In this document: one piece after another, positions 12,881-27,040 of the stretch
How positions within the stretch are numbered: the first letter of the stretch is position 1
How the letters are laid out: each line of letters starts with the position of its first letter
Origin: Podarcis liolepis
Taxonomy: Eukaryota
Direction: 5' to 3' (one strand)
Assembly (NCBI GenBank): GCA_965112155.1
Contig: OZ218099.1
Length of the DNA: 64,000 nucleotides
Made by a program: the position numbers and the translations under genes
The notes under the pieces: model-generated
Told to the model about the DNA's origin: nothing
What the model saw: the letters and a program-made list of their open reading frames with translations, nothing else
Database searches by the model: none

Positions 12881-13931
12881 TTCAGCATATTTCATTCATG
12901 TGGGACATGGTGTGCCAAAGATAATCTGAAAAGCAGTCTGTTGGCAGTCTGTTATCCAGCTGTCATTGTATGCTTGTAACTTTTGACTAAAACCCGCTGG
13001 AAACACAGAACCAGCCTCTGCTGCTCATTAGCCCTACTAATGCAAGCCAGATGGACATGAATCTAGCTGCATTACCAAAACACTTGAAAACATTAAGAGG
13101 CTTTCTGAAAATCGATGACAGAAGTATTATTCCCCATTTTATAACTGGAAACAGAGACAAGAGTGACTTGACTGAGGACCACCATTGCCCAACTTGTACA
13201 ATAAACCATGGCCCACCACATGCTATGTGGTAGTTGAGTTTAGCAGCTACTAATGTATTGACAAATGAATCCATGCTAACATTAAAAAGCAATGTGGGTC
13301 TTGCCCATCATAAGCATGTATGTTGATCTGATGGCAGAAACCTGAAGTAAATTTCCAGGATGCAGAGTTGCTGTGGGTTACTTCAGGACCTTGGATAGCT
13401 CCTAGCCAACAGACCGCAACACGAAGTTCATCCAAGGTGTGAGATGCTACCTGCAAATGAGTTACTTATTAAAACATCTTTTCTCCAAGGAGTTCAAGGG
13501 TGCATTCATGGTCCCCTCTTCTTACAGATTAGGTCAAGGGACTGCGGTTGGCTCAAGGTGAACCTTGGCGTCTCACATTTCAGTAGCACCTGTGTGATGC
13601 CAAAACCCGGTGTGTTCCTCCCTCTCCCTGCCTTGAACTGGAGTAATCGTCATGAAGCCTGCTCTGGCGCTCCAGAAGCTCTGTGCCCAGTGCAACTGCA
13701 CTGGTCGCACTCCCCTAGAGCTGCCTCAGCTTCATGGCTGAGTGGGGATTTGAATCCTGGTATCTCAGGTCCTAAATCCACCACAATATAGGGAAAACAC
13801 TGCTCGATCCAAAAACATTAGTAGATTTATTATCACAATAAACAAACACCAAGGAACTGAACATTATATGCATGCCATTGTTGATCAGTCCCCTCCGCCT
13901 CCCACAAGACTCCTGTGGGACGCTACAAAAC

Positions 13932-14131
13932 NNNNNNNNNNNNNNNNNNNNNNNNNNNNNNNNNNNNNNNNNNNNNNNNNNNNNNNNNNNNNNNNNNNNN
14001 NNNNNNNNNNNNNNNNNNNNNNNNNNNNNNNNNNNNNNNNNNNNNNNNNNNNNNNNNNNNNNNNNNNNNNNNNNNNNNNNNNNNNNNNNNNNNNNNNNNN
14101 NNNNNNNNNNNNNNNNNNNNNNNNNNNNNNN
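13932..14131. other. Assembly gap (200 N)
   Basis: Run of N; ORFs spanning it are artefacts. Confidence 0.99.
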
Positions 14132-16949
14132 TTTCCTCCCTCCACATGCTGTTCCGGGGTTTTCCCCAATTCTCTGGAGAAGATATGGGGAAGTTGTGAT
14201 GGAAAGGGGGCTGAGTTATGAAGGACCAATAAGAGATGGGGCATTATTTAAACTAGATAGTATGTGGTCACTGTGAATACTGCCCAGCTGAATTTGTAGA
14301 GAAATAATTGCTACAAATCTAGGATAACAGCCATAAGCTACTGGACAGCACAATGCTATGACTTTCCTGAACAAAATGCTGGACTCAACAGATGTAATTG
14401 CTGGTAGGCTTGTTTAGAATAATCAGTAATTCAGTAAAGGTTCCCATGGTAACAACTTCCACTAAGACATAGCTAAGCACCATGTCAATTAATCTTAAAC
14501 AGCTTCAGACAAGCAAGGAAGACACATTATTCTTTTGTCCTTTACTGTGACTGTATTTCAAGGATGCCAACAATGTATGCTCAAGACTTTCCATTCTCCT
14601 ACAACCACACTTAATACTATTTGCATGAAATGTGCACAAATGTTTTGCCAGACCAATGACAACTCTAGAAACGATTTAGGCAGCCCATTCATCTTGTATG
14701 GACTGTGAAAAGCCCATTTTGAGAACAAGAGTGTATAAAAGAAGGCAGCCTGATAGTTATTGTGGTGGGCAGTCCCTGTATAACTATGCTGCAGTGTTGC
14801 TGAAACCATAGAACTTTAGCTTTCATATTTAGGAATACTTAAATCCTTGCTTTATAGTCCTGCAGGCTGTTGAAAATGACTTGCAAAATATTCTCAGAAT
14901 AAGATCTTACACAAACCAAGAGCATAAATTATATAGTGTCCATTCAGAACCAGGGTTATTCAGGCATTTCCTGTCATTGTCCTTCCCTGATGTCATATCA
15001 GGTAGCAACTCCCATCAAAACAATCTGAAGCAAGGAAGTGGGGCTGAGCATCTGGTTCTCATTCAGCCCATGATGGAAGCTGTCTTCCCTTGTTTGTGGG
15101 TTGCCACCCCATACCCTTGGGACTGGTTACTCTTGTTGGGTGAGGTACATACAAGAGTGTGTTAAAAAAAGAAAAAAATATCTGTGGAGTGACGCACTGC
15201 CAAATCAGAGCTAAGTCTGCTATGTCACCGCCTGCTCTTTACCAATAGTATTCCAATTTCTAATATTTAGAGTGCTTAGAGTGTTGGATTAGGAGTGGGA
15301 GAGAGAGAACAATGCACACCATCTTCAGTTTGAGGGCAGTAGAATATAAATGTAAGGAACAAAGCATACATTTCGTTTTCCTTGTATGCATCCTTCAGAA
15401 AAACAAAAAGCCAGGTCTTGGGGTTCCTCACGAACATTTAAGTTACAGATGCTTTTCTGTGTTAGGGGAGGTCAAGCTGTATATAAGTGAGCTAAAATTA
15501 AATGCGTATGATGCTTTTAAAGGTTTCAAAGCACTTCGCATATGTCATCAGTAATAACTTAGAACAATAATGCTGTGAGGTTGGCCATTCTCATGATCCC
15601 TTTGCAGATAGCGGACTGATGTTATGAGGCAGTGGTTTGCTTCAGTCTACCTAGCAAGTTTATGTTTGACATGAGCTTTGAACTGAGGACTTCCTGGCTT
15701 ATTGTAGTTGATGCACTTAGCTGCTACAGTAAACCAGCTCTCACATTTTTCATAGAATGAAAACATGCCTTTCACATTACAAAAGGATAAAATTTCTCCT
15801 TTCATGGCTGTGGCTTTCTGCTCAACCTACAGCACGGGTCCCCAAGGACTTTTTGAGCACAGCACTTCACTCGGAAAATATGCTGAAGGTTTGAAGGTAG
15901 TCTTTTGAATCATGTCATGTCTCAGGGCCATCTTCGATTAAATGGCTGCTGTCCAGCATGACAAGCAAAAAGCTATTTCAGAGGAGATGTCTTCAGGTAC
16001 TGCTACTATTTTAGTGTGATACGGCTCAGCATTCTGTGTTTTCCTGCTACACAGCAGTCTTTGTCATGGTTGCCTCCTGCCTGGTGCAGATAGCTAATAA
16101 GATGCACACAGCTTCACTATATTTTACAACAGTCTCCCTGTTTCTTTAGTTGTTTCTAAGGTTGGGGCATAGGGAGAAAATCGGAACAGACTGAGCCACA
16201 TTCAGGACCAGGTCAACATACATATCATTATATCAAATTTCATTAAAAGATCAGCTCTTTTGCCATTTTTCCTGGGATGGGTATGACATTAGAAAGCATT
16301 CAGTAAGACTCTACTCATCTAGATAAGTAGCAACTCATCTGTTTGACTGTTTATGCAGCAATCTCCCCCCTTCTCTCTCTCTCCTGGTACAGCATTCTTA
16401 AATTGTCTCAATAAGAAAATGGCATGAAATAATTTTGTACCCCTAAGAAGAACAATTATAATCCTATAAAAGCGGGGGAGGGGGGAGTTCTTGCCACATA
16501 GTTAAGTCACTTATCATACAAGGAATTGTGGGAGAATTACTGTTTCCCTTTTCTGGACTTAAGGCTGCAATTCCAAACACACTCACCTGTGAGATGTTGT
16601 TGTTTTGGAGGCAGTAGCTAGGTACTTTCTCCAGACTGCAAGGCACTTACTTACCTCCTCTATCCACCCTTTTGAAAGATGAGGATTGCCAAGAGCAGGT
16701 GCAGCTATCCAGAGATGAAGACAAGCCAGGAGTGCATTGTCTGTGCGTTGTCAGAACAGCAATTATTATCTTCTTTTCTTCTTTGTCAGGAGGAGCAGCT
16801 AGGCACTCCCTCAGGGAATTGCTTTGTTGTTCTGCAACACCCCCGACCCCTTCACTCACCCACCTGTCCACCACATTTTCCTTGACATCTGTTCTCCAAA
16901 GTTTCCCCTCCACCTCCGTCTGATAACAGTCAGATCCCATTGACCAGAG

Positions 16950-19211
16950 GCTGTTACGGCATTTACATTTTATTAACCATTTATTTCATTAATTGTTTTA
17001 CTCTCACAGTACAATCTTGTGGTGGTTTATTATTAAATGTATATATACTTTTTTTCCTTTAAATTTTGCTTTTGGAAAATAAATAAAGAGATAAGTGAAC
17101 CATATAGGTAGATTACTTTCTGGAGCCTTGGTTAAACTTCATGATTGGATCTCCACATCAGACCTGTGAAAAAACACAGCTCCCCCCCCCCCAATTTGGA
17201 TGGAAGCTGACAGATTAAAACAGAAAAAGACCACCACAACCATAGTCCTGGCTGTGCAAACTGAGGGGGGAAGCACAAGGGATCTTGTTCTTGAAACAAA
17301 ATATATAGGATATACAATACAAAAAATAATCGTCATCATCATATTCTCATTTGCTTTTAATCGCGTAGGTTAAGTCAGTTATACATGGATTTCAGACTCT
17401 GGCTTGATGCTTGTTAGCAAAATCCATCAACTATCTGCCCTTCCCTGAGTTCATTGCCACTTACAGAGGGACAGGCACGGCAATGGGGCCAAGGCTGTGG
17501 CATCTCAGCACAACTGACACTGGGGATCAGCAAACTAATGTGTCAAGTCACCTCTTGGGTTTATTCCCATCATTTAATTTTGGCAGCTTTCAGTATAGGT
17601 TTCTAGCTATATGAGCAATCCTCCCTTGGCCTCGGCCTAGTATCTTACATGGTGGCTCTCAGCCTAGAAGGTGGGGAAGAAGGGGGGGAAAAAACATATA
17701 GCAGGCTTCATAGTGAGAGCCAGGAGATGGATTTTGCAAGCAAGGAAAAGCTGACATCCACAATGCAAGATGAACTGGATGCTATCTCTATTCTTAATGC
17801 TATCACAAGCGACAAAATTATTGGCAAGACGACAGAATTCCATGCCTCTCCACAACTTTGTAGACAACTGATTTTGGAGTCAGTGCCAATAGCTGCACAA
17901 TGCTGGCACAACATAATGCAAAGGGGCCTTCTTGTCTTTGTGTCCCTATTCAGGCAGCCATTTAACTGGGATTCTCTTCTTCTGGACACTGAAGAGACCG
18001 AAGTCTTTATTGTATGGGAGATGGGTGGCATGTGAGATGGAACCAGCATTCTCTAGAGAGCGGGAACATCAGTAGTTCTCTTGCAGGCAGCACACCATGC
18101 ATGCAATTACAGGGTGCCAGGTATACATATAGCTTCCCCCCTGTTCAGTCTAGGGGGGCAAGTGCCTGAAGTGGGGGAGGAGGGGTGAATGGGAGGAGGG
18201 ACCCTCTGCACAGGCCTGTTCTGTATGTGTGCTGCAAAATCTGCATCCATTACCAAGCTGAATAATAGCACTTCTTGCAAAAGGAGAACAGGAGGGGGGG
18301 TAGGATTTAAGGCAGTGGTACAATGATAAGTGAACTCCTTGCTCTCTATGAGGAGGTAGCAGGCCATTTCTTGTGCTTATGGGGTTCTGCTGTGAGCAAA
18401 AGGAGTTATCGAGGATGGCTGGAGCAACTTATAGATTGAATGGACATCAGAGGGGAAGGTCTCCTGTCCTGTCAACGCAGCTTCTCAAATGTGTCACTCC
18501 AATTTCCCCAACAGACACCCAGGAAGTGGGGGCAAGTTTCCTGCTTTCCCTTCCATAGTGGCAGCCAACTCTGTAGTATTTTCAGCAGCACCGAGAGACT
18601 CTCTCTTCCTTAGGGCTTTCCTTTCGTCTTTTACCAGTGGAACAGTAAATGCAAGAGAAGGTGGCCGGTGGCATATAGAGTAGTAAGATACACACAGAAC
18701 TATCCAAGACCGGCAGCCTGCTAGCATGCGACTGCCAGGGCCAGCACTTGGCACAAAATAGGTAGCAGCCACAGACGTTCTAGGTAGAGTATGTAGAACA
18801 CTAGGTGAGTCCTGAATTAATTCCTGATTCAAAGGAAAACCCACCCCTGTTCTAGGAAGGAATCCTCCTCTTAGTTTGTAGGAGCCATAATGCCAAGCAA
18901 CCAGAGAAGCAGTCATGGGCAGTGGTGGTGAAACCCAGTGAGAATATATATACTCGTTTTCTGCTGCTCCTGAAGGTTCTGGCTCGGAAGAAAAGCAAGA
19001 GGCTGCTTCTCTCCCCTCCCGTCTGACTCAAAATCATCAGTAGCTAAATCAGGAGGGAAAAAAGTGTTCAAGTTACGGGGGGGGGGTTGCACAGCAGCAG
19101 CAGCCAACACTAAACATTCAAGTCGATAGTTTCACTATGTACACCATGAGTGAGACACGGTCCCACCTGCCAGAAGATGTCCTGCTCTTGACAGAGCAGC
19201 CACACACACTG
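16950..19211 (-). other. RPTOR: Putative RPTOR 3' UTR (~2.2 kb)
   Basis: Follows the stop codon, has no recognisable transposons, and ends at an AT-rich cluster containing AATAAA signals. Confidence 0.55.
16969..17031 (-). terminator. Candidate polyadenylation signals (AATAAA at 17026-17031 and 16969-16974, minus strand)
   Basis: tttatt on the plus strand at both positions, ~2.2 kb after the stop. Confidence 0.5.
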
Positions 19212-19280
19212 TTATCTGATTCGCTTCTCCACCGAGTACACAGAGATGTAGTAGTCATTGCTTCCAACTGCCAGGTGAGG
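19212..19280 (-). CDS. RPTOR: Raptor last coding exon 34 (69 nt coding): PHLAVGSNDYYISVYSVEKRIR*
   Basis: Matches the Raptor C-terminus; acceptor ctttccacag|CCT, stop TAA at 19212-19214. Confidence 0.97.
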   Translation of the reverse strand, partial: PHLAVGSNDYYISVYSVEKRIR

Positions 19281-20275
19281 CTGTGGAAAGGAGAGGGGGA
19301 AATAGAATCAGTGCATACATAGCAGGGTTCTGCTGGTTTTTGAAGCTAGTCAGAATTTATACTCGCCACCAGCCCTGCTCCTCACTCAAGAGGGAAAGGG
19401 TTGGAGTTGTTATTGTTTATAAAAGCTCTTACCTACCTCTGCTTCATCCTCTACAGTGACAGTCAACTTCCAGTAGTTTTTGTTATGCTGGAAATCCTTT
19501 CTCCACTAATTTCCCCTGTTTGTTTCCAGTGGATTGAAAATCCACCAATACAGTTGAGTTCCAACATATATGAGGGTACAGTTCCAAGGGTTGTGCAAAT
19601 GCATTTTCCTTGTCTGGCAAGGTGTGGGGAGTCCCATGGGAAGGTCTCCCCTGCGTGTGTGTCTCTGCTGCCCCCCTCCTCCAGGTGCGAATGGCCATTG
19701 CAAGAGAGGAAGAGTGTGGCAGGCAGAGAGAGATGCAGGCAGAAGAAAAAGGCTCTAATGGATCTGGAATGGAGCTGTAGCCAAGTGTGTAAAGTTGAAT
19801 TTGTGAAAGTAAAATGCACATATGATGTGACTTGACTGCATACCTAGTTGCAACTTCGTATCTACTTTGCACTATTCATCAGGCATCTCTTCCTTTGATC
19901 ACCTGGAGCAGAAGCATTTGTTTGGCCATGGTCAGAAACAGGATCATGGACTAGATGGATCCATGGCTTGACCAAGTGAACTTGTAACTTGACAGCTACT
20001 AGAAAATAGTAGATTCTGGGAACCTTGTCTAAGCAAATAAAAGAACCCTACTAGAACTTGCATGTAATCTGAAATAAATAAATGCTCCCCAACCAACCAA
20101 CCCCCCCAAATGAGCTAGTTCAATGAATTTTCTCACTGAATTTGAGTTTCCGGAATTTGGAAATATTGTGTGTATCCCCCTCTCAACAGCTTCACTAAGT
20201 CCTCTTCATAATAGCTATTCAGAACAAGTTTAGGGTAACAGTTGCGATGTTCTACAGTTTAGAAACGAGACTGAC

Positions 20276-20405
20276 CCAGTGTGGATGGAAGGCTAGGCAG
20301 CTGATGGCACCCACTCGCTGGCCCATGAATCCATCGTAGTACTTGATATTGTTGATCAGCTCACCATTCCCATTGTAGATTGCAGTGAATTGATTCATAG
20401 AGCCA
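20276..20405 (-). CDS. RPTOR: Raptor coding exon 33 (130 nt): (C)GSMNQFTAIYNGNGELINNIKYYDGFMGQRVGAISCLAFHPHW
   Basis: Manual translation; acceptor ctgcag|T, donor TGG|gtcagt. Confidence 0.97.
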
Positions 20406-20963
20406 CTGCAGAGGGAAACAGAGAACACAAGATATTGGTGACGTTAAACAACTGGTGGTTAAGTCCTAGAGATGAAGGTTTTCTACTCTTGTGCCATTTG
20501 TGGAGCAAGAAGCAAGTAAGCTTACAACAGCAAATGGGATTTTCTTTAAGCCATGAAATCATCAGCACAGTCTCAGCTATTAGCAGGTTCACAATGGAAA
20601 ATTCACATGCTCAGTAGGAGATTTAGGGAGGCAGGATGGGAGACACAACAGCAGGCAGGGAGAATATAACTATGAGATGGTTTTGAGTGAAAACCCCAGG
20701 CACCAAACTGCTGACACTGGACAGCAAGTCCCTAGCAAATAGTGCACTTTCTGCTCTTAAGGAAGGGAAACCCACATAATACGGTGAGCTGCAGCACCCA
20801 CCATAATTGAAATCCATGTGCTGCAGGTTCAATGAAGCATACAAGAATTGAAACACCTCAGCTGCAAACACGTGAAATAAGCCACACTGTTTATGCCAAG
20901 GAAAATAAATGCAAGTGTTTAACAATGGAGCAGGGTGGTATGCAGGCTGCATTTAGAACTTAC

Positions 20964-21080
20964 CATGCAAACAGGTTGGCTTGTGGGTGGATGTCCAGAG
21001 CTGTCAGTCCTTTTACTATCTGCAGGACCTTCACTGATTCTGGCATCCTTGGATCAAAGAAACGGACATCTCCATTAACA
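20964..21080 (-). CDS. RPTOR: Raptor coding exon 32 (117 nt): (S)VNGDVRFFDPRMPESVKVLQIVKGLTALDIHPQANLFA(C)
   Basis: Manual translation; acceptor ctttgcag|T, donor TG|gtaagt. Confidence 0.97.
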
Positions 21081-21312
21081 CTGCAAAGAGATAAAACATG
21101 GGGCTATTACCTGTTTGTTCCAACAAGGAGAGCAGATCTACTTATCCCAGAACCTGGCTATAATTAGGAGAGTATTAGTATCAATGCTCAATTTGCCAAC
21201 AATGTCCCTTTGCGAAAACCAGCATACTTGCCACCCACTGCAGTCTGTTTCAGGCAGCCCTAGATGCTGCAGAAGCAAACATAAGGTTACTCATGCACAA
21301 GGAATCAGTGTA

Positions 21313-21551
21313 CAGTGGTACCTCGGGTTAAGTACTTAATTCGTTCTGGAGGTCCGTACTTAACCTGAAATTGTTCTTAACCTGAAGTACCACTTTAGCT
21401 AATGGGGCCTCCTGCCGCCATGCCGCCGGAGCACAATTTCTGTTCTCATCCTGAAGCAAAGTTCTTAACCTGAAGCACTATTTCTGGGTTAGTGGAGTCT
21501 GTAACCTGAAGTGTACGTAACCTGAAGCGTATGTAACCCGAGGTACCACTG
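21313..21551. mobile_element. Tc1/mariner MITE, family A
   Basis: TA TSD, CAGTGGTACCTCGGGTT TIRs. Confidence 0.9.
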
Positions 21552-24108
21552 TACACGAATCAATTCATTATTCCTCCTGTTCAACTCATTGGCATTAAAT
21601 ACCACTAGAAAACCACTAACTGGCTTTGCTGTTTGACTGATTTCTGGACTTTAAGACCTTTTGTATTCCCCTGGTAATACAAGGTAAATGATAACAGGGT
21701 TACTTTAAATGCAAACATCCTGTGCCAGAGAATTGACTTTGGGCTAATGGTCCTGTGACAGATTTTTGGCAGGTTGAAGACCTTTAACACTGGACAAGAT
21801 GCTTTATAGTGGCATCGGTGAATGGTTAAGATCACAATAATTGGTGAAGTGAAATTTCTAACTTTCAGCTTGATTACTGTCTTGCCATAAATATAATGGA
21901 TTCATAGCTCATGAAGCTGGCCTTCCGTCCTAATCCTTTAAATGCTGTAAGGTGTGTCCAAGTGATGATTCTATGAGGAAAACAAGGTTGAAATATGGGG
22001 TCCACTCACTGAGCAGATTGTTTCTTGAGCAGAGGATTTGGGCAAAATGTAAGGGAGATGGATAAAACCAGGTCTGCTAAGAAACTGAAGGAATTACAGT
22101 CCCTGTCTGTAGTTTTCAGAGCAGAGAGATCAAGGAAAAACTAGTAGAATAAGGAAGGCAAATGAGAAAATGTTGCTGAGAAAACTGTAGCCAAAGCCTG
22201 ATCAGCTGAAGTTATTTTAATTCAGTCAAATGACTGTATTTTATTGAGAATTTACTATTTTATGTACAATGCTTAAGGGTTTCTTTTTCTTTTTATAATG
22301 CAGTTTATAAAATTTCTTCAATAATTTTGATTACAGAGAATGGCTACTAAAGTGTAAAAATCTAGTCGGAGGCCCTGCATTACAACAATTGCTGGTCTGA
22401 GGATGTAACAGAGCCCATTAAGAAGCAGCATCCAGGTAACTGGGATCTGGATCTCGTTAGGTAACCCTATAGTCTATCTCATGCTGCTCTTCCCTACATG
22501 ACTTCCTTAGTCTCCAGCTGCAGCATTTCATAATGAGGACTCAACATGGGGCTTCCCTACTGCAGTTCAGATCCTTCCGCTCTCTCTTGTGATACTTCAA
22601 ATATCTGACCTGTATGCCCTGTCTCTCTTGGAACTTTCCCTTCATTTAGGGTTCATTATATCTCTCTTGTTTCTGGAACCTTGTAATTTAATTAAAGACC
22701 TAATAGCCTTCATAGTGTGACCCATGGCTGGTTACAGCCTGTGGAGCCTGACAGTATAAAAAAGGGCAAAGGAAAACAAAAAAAGAATAGTGAGCAGGGC
22801 TTTAAGTTGCACCAATTTCTGGTTGGTGAAAGGAGAAGACTCTACCGCTGTACTGCCAAACAAAATGGCAACGAAGACACAGCAATAAAAAGACTGAAGA
22901 TGAAAGCACCAATATTTGATTCCTTGTATGCATCCAGCTAATGGAGCTGGTGAAAGCTAATGGAGACTGGTGAAGATCCACTTGAAGGCTGAGTGTTTAC
23001 AGCCCAGCTGCAATACGCACAGCTGAAAAGTGCAGACCATGTTCTAAGATCTGATTCCAAAAAAAGCTGTGGGTGCAGAAGAGAAACTAATACCTCACAG
23101 ACAGTCAGATCTAGAAAGCCAAAGGTCAATACCAAATGCTACAAAATGAAGAACTACAGAGAAAAGCACTCCAGCTGTCACTCCCTAGTGTTAAGCTGTC
23201 AGAGATGCAGCAGGATCCTCAGGAAGCATCTACAGCACCACTTAGAGAGGGCAGAACCAGGGTTAAAATATCCAAGAGAGGCAAAGCTTCAAATTATTAC
23301 TCAACATAAGGAAACATTCTAAAAAAACACACACAAGGAAACATTCTCATTAAAAATAAGTCTTCAGGTTTACTGTAAATTAATGTATGTGAAATCTAAT
23401 CATGAAATGATTTATTCCATGTTCTTAATTCCTGCTGCCCCTTATTTATCTTATAAAAATTGCTTTTATTGTATTTTCTTTTATATCCATTAGTGTGCAT
23501 TAAAAGTAAGTGAAACAATATAAAAGTAATGAATGGAATAATAAACAATGTGCAAGGTTCGTTTCAGGGTATAAAATATGCAATTAATAAGATGTTAAAC
23601 TTGCTGAGGGGACAGAGACAGAGTACTTAGTGATATTAACTGTATTTATTTTTTGGGTAGCAGATTGCTGCTGCTCTTTCTTGATTGGTCCAGCTGCTCC
23701 TAATATTACTCTCATTCATATGTTGGCCCAGCTAAATATTATTCTCATTCACATGCAGTACTAAGCTGAACCATGGCTGAGCATCAACAAGCAAACCTAT
23801 GGGCTTCCAGAGATGAGATGATGGTCAGTTGATTCCTCCCTGGTCTAGGTCTCCCAGACAATCATGAGCTGTTTAAACCATAGGAGACACCTTGGTTATA
23901 GCTTGTGGTTTGTCTGGGAGAGCTAAGCCATGAACCTGGGGTATGGATGACACACTAAACCATACTATGGCTTAGCTCAGCATAGTGTAGCAGCAAAATG
24001 ACCAAGGAGGAGCAATGTGGTTATAGCCTCCTCTCTGGGAGCCCATGTGTTTCCTTGTTCATGCTCAGCCATGGTTTGCCTTAGCATTACACACAAACTA
24101 GGCCACTA

Positions 24109-24405
24109 CAGTGGTGCCTCGCAAGACGAAATTAATCCGTTCCGCGAGTCTCTTCGTCTTGCGGTTTTTTCGTCTTGCGAAGCACGGCTATTAGCGGCTT
24201 AGCGGCTATTAGCGGCTTAGCGGCTATTAATGGCTTAGTGGCTTTAAGAAAAAGGAAACAAACTCGCAAGAACTCGCAAGACGTTTCGTCTTGCGAAGCA
24301 AGCCCATAGGGAAATTCGTCTTGCGGAACGACTCAAAAAACGGAAAACTCTTTCGTCTTGCGCGTTTTTCGTCTTGCGAGGCATTCGTCTTGCGAGGTAC
24401 CACTG
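24109..24405. mobile_element. Tc1/mariner MITE, family B, with internal GGCTATTAGCGGCTTAGC tandem repeat
   Basis: TA TSD, TIRs, CGTCTTGCGA repeats; CpG-rich so probably young. Confidence 0.88.
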
Positions 24406-26799
24406 TATCTCCTACTTGATTGGTCCAGCTACCCTAACGGTATTGCTTCTGCAGCAGCTGTCCAAGGCTTCAGGCAGAGGCCTTAACAAACGTTGCTACC
24501 TGGGATTCTTTGGACTGAATAGGCTAAGGGACTGAACCTGAGACACCATCTGCATGTACTGTGCCATTAGGCCTTACGGTGTGCTGCATATGCCTTTTGC
24601 ATTGGGACAAAGGAAGTAAGAACAACTAAATCAGGACGGATTTAAGGTGGACCACAGAGAAAATCTAGAAGCAGATCCTGAGTGTGCCAGCATAATCAGC
24701 ACGCACATCAGTAATGTAGAATCCCAACAGTTGAGTTTAACGAAGTTGCCTGTGTGCTGAAGTAATCGAGGAAACTCAACAAACTTCTCAAAAGGATTAA
24801 ACAGGATGAGACAGCACCATGATTCATCCTTCAGCTTCTTCAATGAGTTCTGACCACAGCAGTGCCTGAGGCTGAGATGTTGGATGGAATACCTGTGCCT
24901 GCTCCTACATTTTATTTTAGTGATGAGAAACTTGCATGACCTCAGAGGGCTACTATTACTAGAAACATCCTGGAACTGTTCTAACCACAGAAAGGGGAAG
25001 AGTACAGAAGCATCTTTTTTTCCAGTCCTTCAGGAACAGAGGTACATGCAAGAAGGAGGAAAGGGTGTCCTTAAGTAACAAAAAGATGAACCCAAGCCAA
25101 CATCTGTAATGTGCCCATGCTATGCAAATCAAGACCCCAAAGTTAGAACCGACCTTCAGAGAGCTGCTTTTGTTGTGAGAAGAGCAGAGTTTAGACTTTT
25201 ATCTGCAATAATTCATCTCTCTGTTTCCTGGTACATAAACCATTTGTCAAGCTTCTGCTGGCCTTCTTAATAACACCATTCACGACCCTATTCCCTACAG
25301 ATGTTCTTTGGGTTCTTAGTGTTAGTGTTTCAGTATAAAGGTTTATCACCCACTGTATAAGCCTTATAGTAAGTATGCCACTCACTCTTGAACAGAATTC
25401 ATGGAGTGTGCCTGATGTATGAGTAGAAATGATCACATTTTACATATGCACCCTCTGCAAGAGGGTGATTCAAATAGGCTAGTGCTGTGAAGGCCAGTTA
25501 CTCCAACCTAGCCAATACTCTGTCTGCTGAATGGCTATCTGACAATAGATTACCCATGTTAGTTTATTAGTTTAATTATAAACTAAATCAATGCTCAAAG
25601 CATTATACTACATAGGTTCCTAGCTACTCTCATATCCAGGCACAAACTAACCCAGGTCTTAGCTTTAGTAAGGCCGTTGCATCATGCTTCTTTAGGCCAT
25701 GCAAGCTGAATTAATCTAAAACTGAAGTGCATAATCTTTTGCTGAAACATCAAACTACATACTGCATGCTGTTGAGAGTCAATATGGCTTGCTAGGCTGA
25801 TCTAATTGATGTGGAACATGCCCAGTTCCAGGTAAAATTCCAATCCCTTTCTGAATCTGGTGAGAAGCACCCTCTGTTTGAAAGAGAAGATAATTATCTA
25901 ATGTCAGGTGGGGCCTACCAAAATAAATTCAGAGTCAAATAGATTCTCATCTGGCAAGAAGAACTACTTCAACCAGCTTCCAGGAGAAACAGAAGTTATA
26001 ACATTTGCTGCCCCTTCTTTGGGGGTGGAAAAGCATTACCTCTTACAGCATTATATTTTCTTTCAATTCTGTATACAAGGAAGAAGTTCTCTGGAAACAA
26101 ACTATGACTTAGTGGTAGTAAATTATAGTCTGCTGTCCTTTGAATGGGGTAATAAATAAACACAGTGCTCCTCCACCATATTTATGAAGCATGAGAAATG
26201 GATTTATGCACAGAAAATTGCTAGATGGGGAAATAATTCTGCATAGCAATAAGCCCAGAACATGCAATACAATCTATCCCTTGGTGTTTTTTAAGCATTT
26301 TGTTTCAGTAGCAAGTCTTGCTCTAGCCAGCTGCTTCCTACCTTTTACTTTACAGCTATCAGATAAGTATTTCTGTTTAAGATTAGGATCCTTATCTCCA
26401 GTATTGTTACCAGGCCCTGATCCCACCTTGGTCCCCATCTAGACCTTCCAATGATCAATGACCTAAGTGAGTAGACAAAGCCCCACAATGCCAGGGCCCT
26501 GAGGTCTACCTCCAAGGGATGTATTAGAAGATTCCTTGGAGTGGATTCCTGATCCACCTTGGCTAACTCAAGTGAGGGAGGTTGAATCATCGCCTAGTTC
26601 TTTGGGAACACCAGCACCAGAAGGTCCATGCCCTGGCAGCTGTCAACATTGGAGTCCATGCCTGAGAGTCCAATGTGGCAACATAACTCTTGCATAAAGG
26701 GCTCTTTCTGAGTAACAACCTTCCTCAATAATAAAGACTCTTAGAGCAGACTCAAGCACCTGAACTGGTATAGGGCATGGCCTGAGACACTAGGCTATA

Positions 26800-27040
26800 C
26801 AGTGGTACCTTGAGTTACAAACGCCTCAGGTTACAAACGCTTCAGGTTACAAACTCCGCTAACCTGGAAGAATTACCTCGAATTGAGAACTTTGCCCCAG
26901 GATGAAAATGGAAATTGTGTGCCGGCAGTGCAGTGGCAGCAAGAGGCCCCATTAGCGAAAGCACACCTCTAGTTAAGAACAGTTTCAGGATAAGAATGGA
27001 CCTCCAGAACGAATTACGTTCGTAACTAGAGGTACCACTG
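26800..27040. mobile_element. Tc1/mariner MITE, family A variant
   Basis: TA TSD, CAGTGGTACCT TIRs. Confidence 0.85.

Noticed and set aside
13868-14276. Five ORFs over the N run
   Set aside because: Artefacts of the 200-N gap
1-16900. Search for CHMP6 or other coding exons downstream of RPTOR
   Set aside because: No recognisable protein sequence found by eye; small exons could have been missed
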